A stretch of DNA of 64,000 nt from Octopus sinensis. Its lineage: Eukaryota. Positions 61,050-64,000 of the stretch are shown here, piece after piece; position 1 is the stretch's first letter, and each line of letters begins with the position of its first letter. Location: assembly GCF_006345805.1 (NCBI RefSeq), contig NC_043001.1, forward strand, positions 87,482,001-87,546,000, read 5' to 3'. A model generated the notes under the pieces. That model was not told where the DNA came from. It ran no database searches and was given only the letters and a program-made list of their open reading frames with translations. The translations under genes and the position numbers were made by a program.

Positions 61050-62610
61050 CAGCAACATTCCCTTGTTCAGAAAGGGTGATTGCACATCACCTGTCAACTA
61101 CAGTCTAGTCAATCTTCTAGCTGCATTATAAAACTAACGGAGGCGTGTGTTAGAGAAACACCCTGGAGCTTTCACAACCTTATTTGACTGCCACAACTCC
61201 AGCTGCTGTTGCCAACTCCTTGTGTTCCTTGAAGACATCACTTAAATCAATGATGATGGCTCATGGGTGGATGTCATCAATCTCGATATTGCAAAAGCCT
61301 TCAATTCTGTACCACACAAGTCTCTGCAATGGAAGTGAAAGATGATCTTTATAACTGGTTGAAATCCTTCATTCTCAGTTGAAAAGAGGTAGTCACAGTT
61401 GTAGGATAGCGTTCTTCACCCTATGAGATGACATCTAATGTACTACAGGGATCCATTCTTGAACTCCTGTTGTTTGCTGCATATATTAATGACATTGATG
61501 CCAACTTGAAGAATGTTAGTGTTGAAATAAGTAGATGACACCAAGCTCTTGAGATAAAAAGTGGGGTATCAGGACAAAATCCTCCAACAAATTTTACACA
61601 AAAATATCAACTAATAAACATTTAAAATTTTTTTTCTAAAATTTTGTTTTCTTAAAATATTTTTATTGTAAAGAAAGAACAATATCTTGGGGGATTTTGT
61701 CCTAGTACCAAAATTAAAAGATTCTATAGATCTTTCCTACAATCAAACCTGGACACAATGCAGCAATGGATTACTGAGTGGCAACTCAAGATGGCTGTGG
61801 ACAAGTGCCCCAGCATGTATTCTGGAAGGGAAGATCCAGCTTATACATACTCTCTCAATGACACCAATCTTCAGAAGTCTACTAGTGAATGTGACCAGGG
61901 AATTATGGTCAACAGCAATTTGGGTTGGACAAATCACATCTATAAAACTGTCAAGAAAGCTGAGAGTGTCTTAGTATCACTCAGTAAGACCTTTGTCTAG
62001 CAATCGATTTGAAGCTATATATGGCTATGGTATGTCCTCACTTAGAGTTTGCATCACGACTTTGGAACCCTTATTTTGCTCAGCGTATCAATCTCTGGGA
62101 AACTGTTTAGAAACATGCAACAAGATGAATACCCACCATCAGACATCTACCATACTCTGAACATCTTGCTTCCTTGGTCATAAACACAGCAAAGCTCCAA
62201 TGCCTAGCAAATGTCTTGGTAGACACCCCCAAAATTATCCACAATCTTTCCAACAACAACCTTAAGCACCTTTTTGAATTCTGTATGTCTAACACTCATG
62301 GACATGTTTACAAAATCAAAAAACAACACAGCATCTATGATTTTTGGAAGCATTTTTCCATGCTCAGAATTGCTGAAGCATAGAGTAAACTAAACACATC
62401 AATTGTTAACTATCAGGACACTGCATCCTTCAAACTTTCCTCGCTTCCTGAAATTTATTAACAGTACACCTGACGCCACCTTGATTTTCTTTTTAAATGA
62501 CTCATTCACTGTTCACTTCTTGTGCATATCTGTACTGTTCATACACTTTTGGCTACTTTTTTTGGTGAGCTGTAGTTACCTAAGCACTAATAAATTCATC
62601 ACTATTATTA
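61050..62610 (+). mobile_element. Degraded CR1-like LINE
   Basis: Fragments NLDIAKAFNSVPH, QGSILE-LL, MQQWITEWQLKMAVDKC; the 3' part is homologous to 17805-18432. Confidence 0.8.
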
Positions 62611-64000
62611 TTTACATCACTTTAAAATCCAAAGTTTGTATCAGGGAACTATGGACAGTCTCAGGTGGGTTAGTATCAGAAAAGTTAAATACAATATCAC
62701 ATCACAGACATCTAGGTCTTTTGGATTTATATGTGCTTCATTACTAAGCAAAAACCATTTGAATCCACTCCAAGTTTTCATTTAACTGTGACATTCAGAT
62801 ATACAAATTTTCTCCTATCTTTCTGCCTCCATATAAAAATGACATTGCAACTGGAGTGTAAACAATTTTAAACAACCAACACATTCTTCCTGCTTCTACA
62901 AAATGTTGTGACACTTTGGATGTTGACAAAGAAATAACAATAATAAATAAATAAAAGAACATTGATTAAAACTAACCAGGAAAACAAGACCAACAATTAG
63001 TATTTTACAAAATAGAATATTTTATTAAAATATATATCATTGTTTTCAAAGGGATGGGAAGTTGCAACAACAAAAGTCAAGTACAATAAAAAAAAAAAAA
63101 GTATCTATCAGATTTTTAAAACCTCCCTCTACAGCTTACACTGCTGAGAGACTATTTCCATCCCCCACAACATTTATTAAAAGCATATAACAAATATGGA
63201 ACATTTGGTCCTTACAAAATTTGTTGCAGATGGACCATATGGAAGTTTAACATTTGGTGTAACTGTTATAAAACTTCAATGCCAGAGTCTAAAAAAACTA
63301 GTGATTGTCAATGTTAATACTATTGCTAAGCCCCAGATCCATCTCCATTGACTGAATAGATCTATGATCAAAGGCAAGCCATCTCTGATTATTCACATTT
63401 TCTTTTTTAGGGGGGCTAGTGTATCCAGTACTACATCATCTAATTTTTTTTTCTTTCTAAGACAGTAGGTGTAATTTGAGAGAAATTTGGTCGCTATTTC
63501 TAGAAGGTCAAGTAACCAGGTAAAGGTTCCTTTTTTTTTGGCCTAAGGAAACTAGCAGTGATCTGTAGTGGCAAAGATCAGTTTAATAAATATTAATGCT
63601 TATGTGACTTTTGCCCTTTTTGGAGAAAAGAAATAAGGATTAAGAACTCTAATTGAAATGTTAACATTTTTTTCTTCTCATGGTACATAAAAGTGTTTCA
63701 GTTTTGAAAACTTTATTAGATTACAGAAGTAAAAAGAGAGTAAAAACTAACACAGCTGTAACAGTGTCACGTTACTGAAAACTAAGTCTTTTGTTATTAA
63801 ATTCTCTCCAGAAATTTGAGTACCATTAAGTCTATTTAAAAAGGTTATTTATTCATTTAAAGCTGAAAATATAAAGACACTGCAAATGGGTGATGTCTAC
63901 TAAGTCAACCATTGCATTGTATGATAGCATGATGTCTATTTGCCAGCAAGAGGATACCAGTTTCAATCCCACTGCATGGCAATCTAAGCAAGCACCTTTT

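Overview
AT-rich, microsatellite-dense animal genomic DNA, inferred to be cephalopod (probably Octopus) from its tRNA-head SINE families, (GAT)n-tailed RTE LINEs and long (TA)n arrays. Most of the window is transposable elements and their relics: mariner and maT-like Tc1/mariner copies, CR1, RTE and HERO-like LINEs, a Neptune-type Penelope-like element (PLE), Helitrons, hAT pieces and SINEs. There is a 100-N gap at 8692-8791 with about 830 bp duplicated on either side. The only host protein I can firmly support is two minus-strand exons (20207-20302, 17515-17610) encoding the C-terminal part of a gelsolin-like protein; I found no N-terminal gelsolin exons, only weaker candidate upstream exons. 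The main unannotated signal is a set of eight type-I hammerhead ribozyme motifs on both strands, all read by eye. Five of them have a very long stem II and a 6-nt palindromic stem III, and several sit in PLE pseudo-LTRs or inverted-repeat structures. Also notable: a near-intact RTE LINE with a PHD-like finger inside its RT, a composite satellite-bearing Helitron, and a mariner whose insertion-site halves occur in permuted order. Most short ORFs in the supplied track are microsatellite or antisense artefacts. Approximate boundaries are marked as such.
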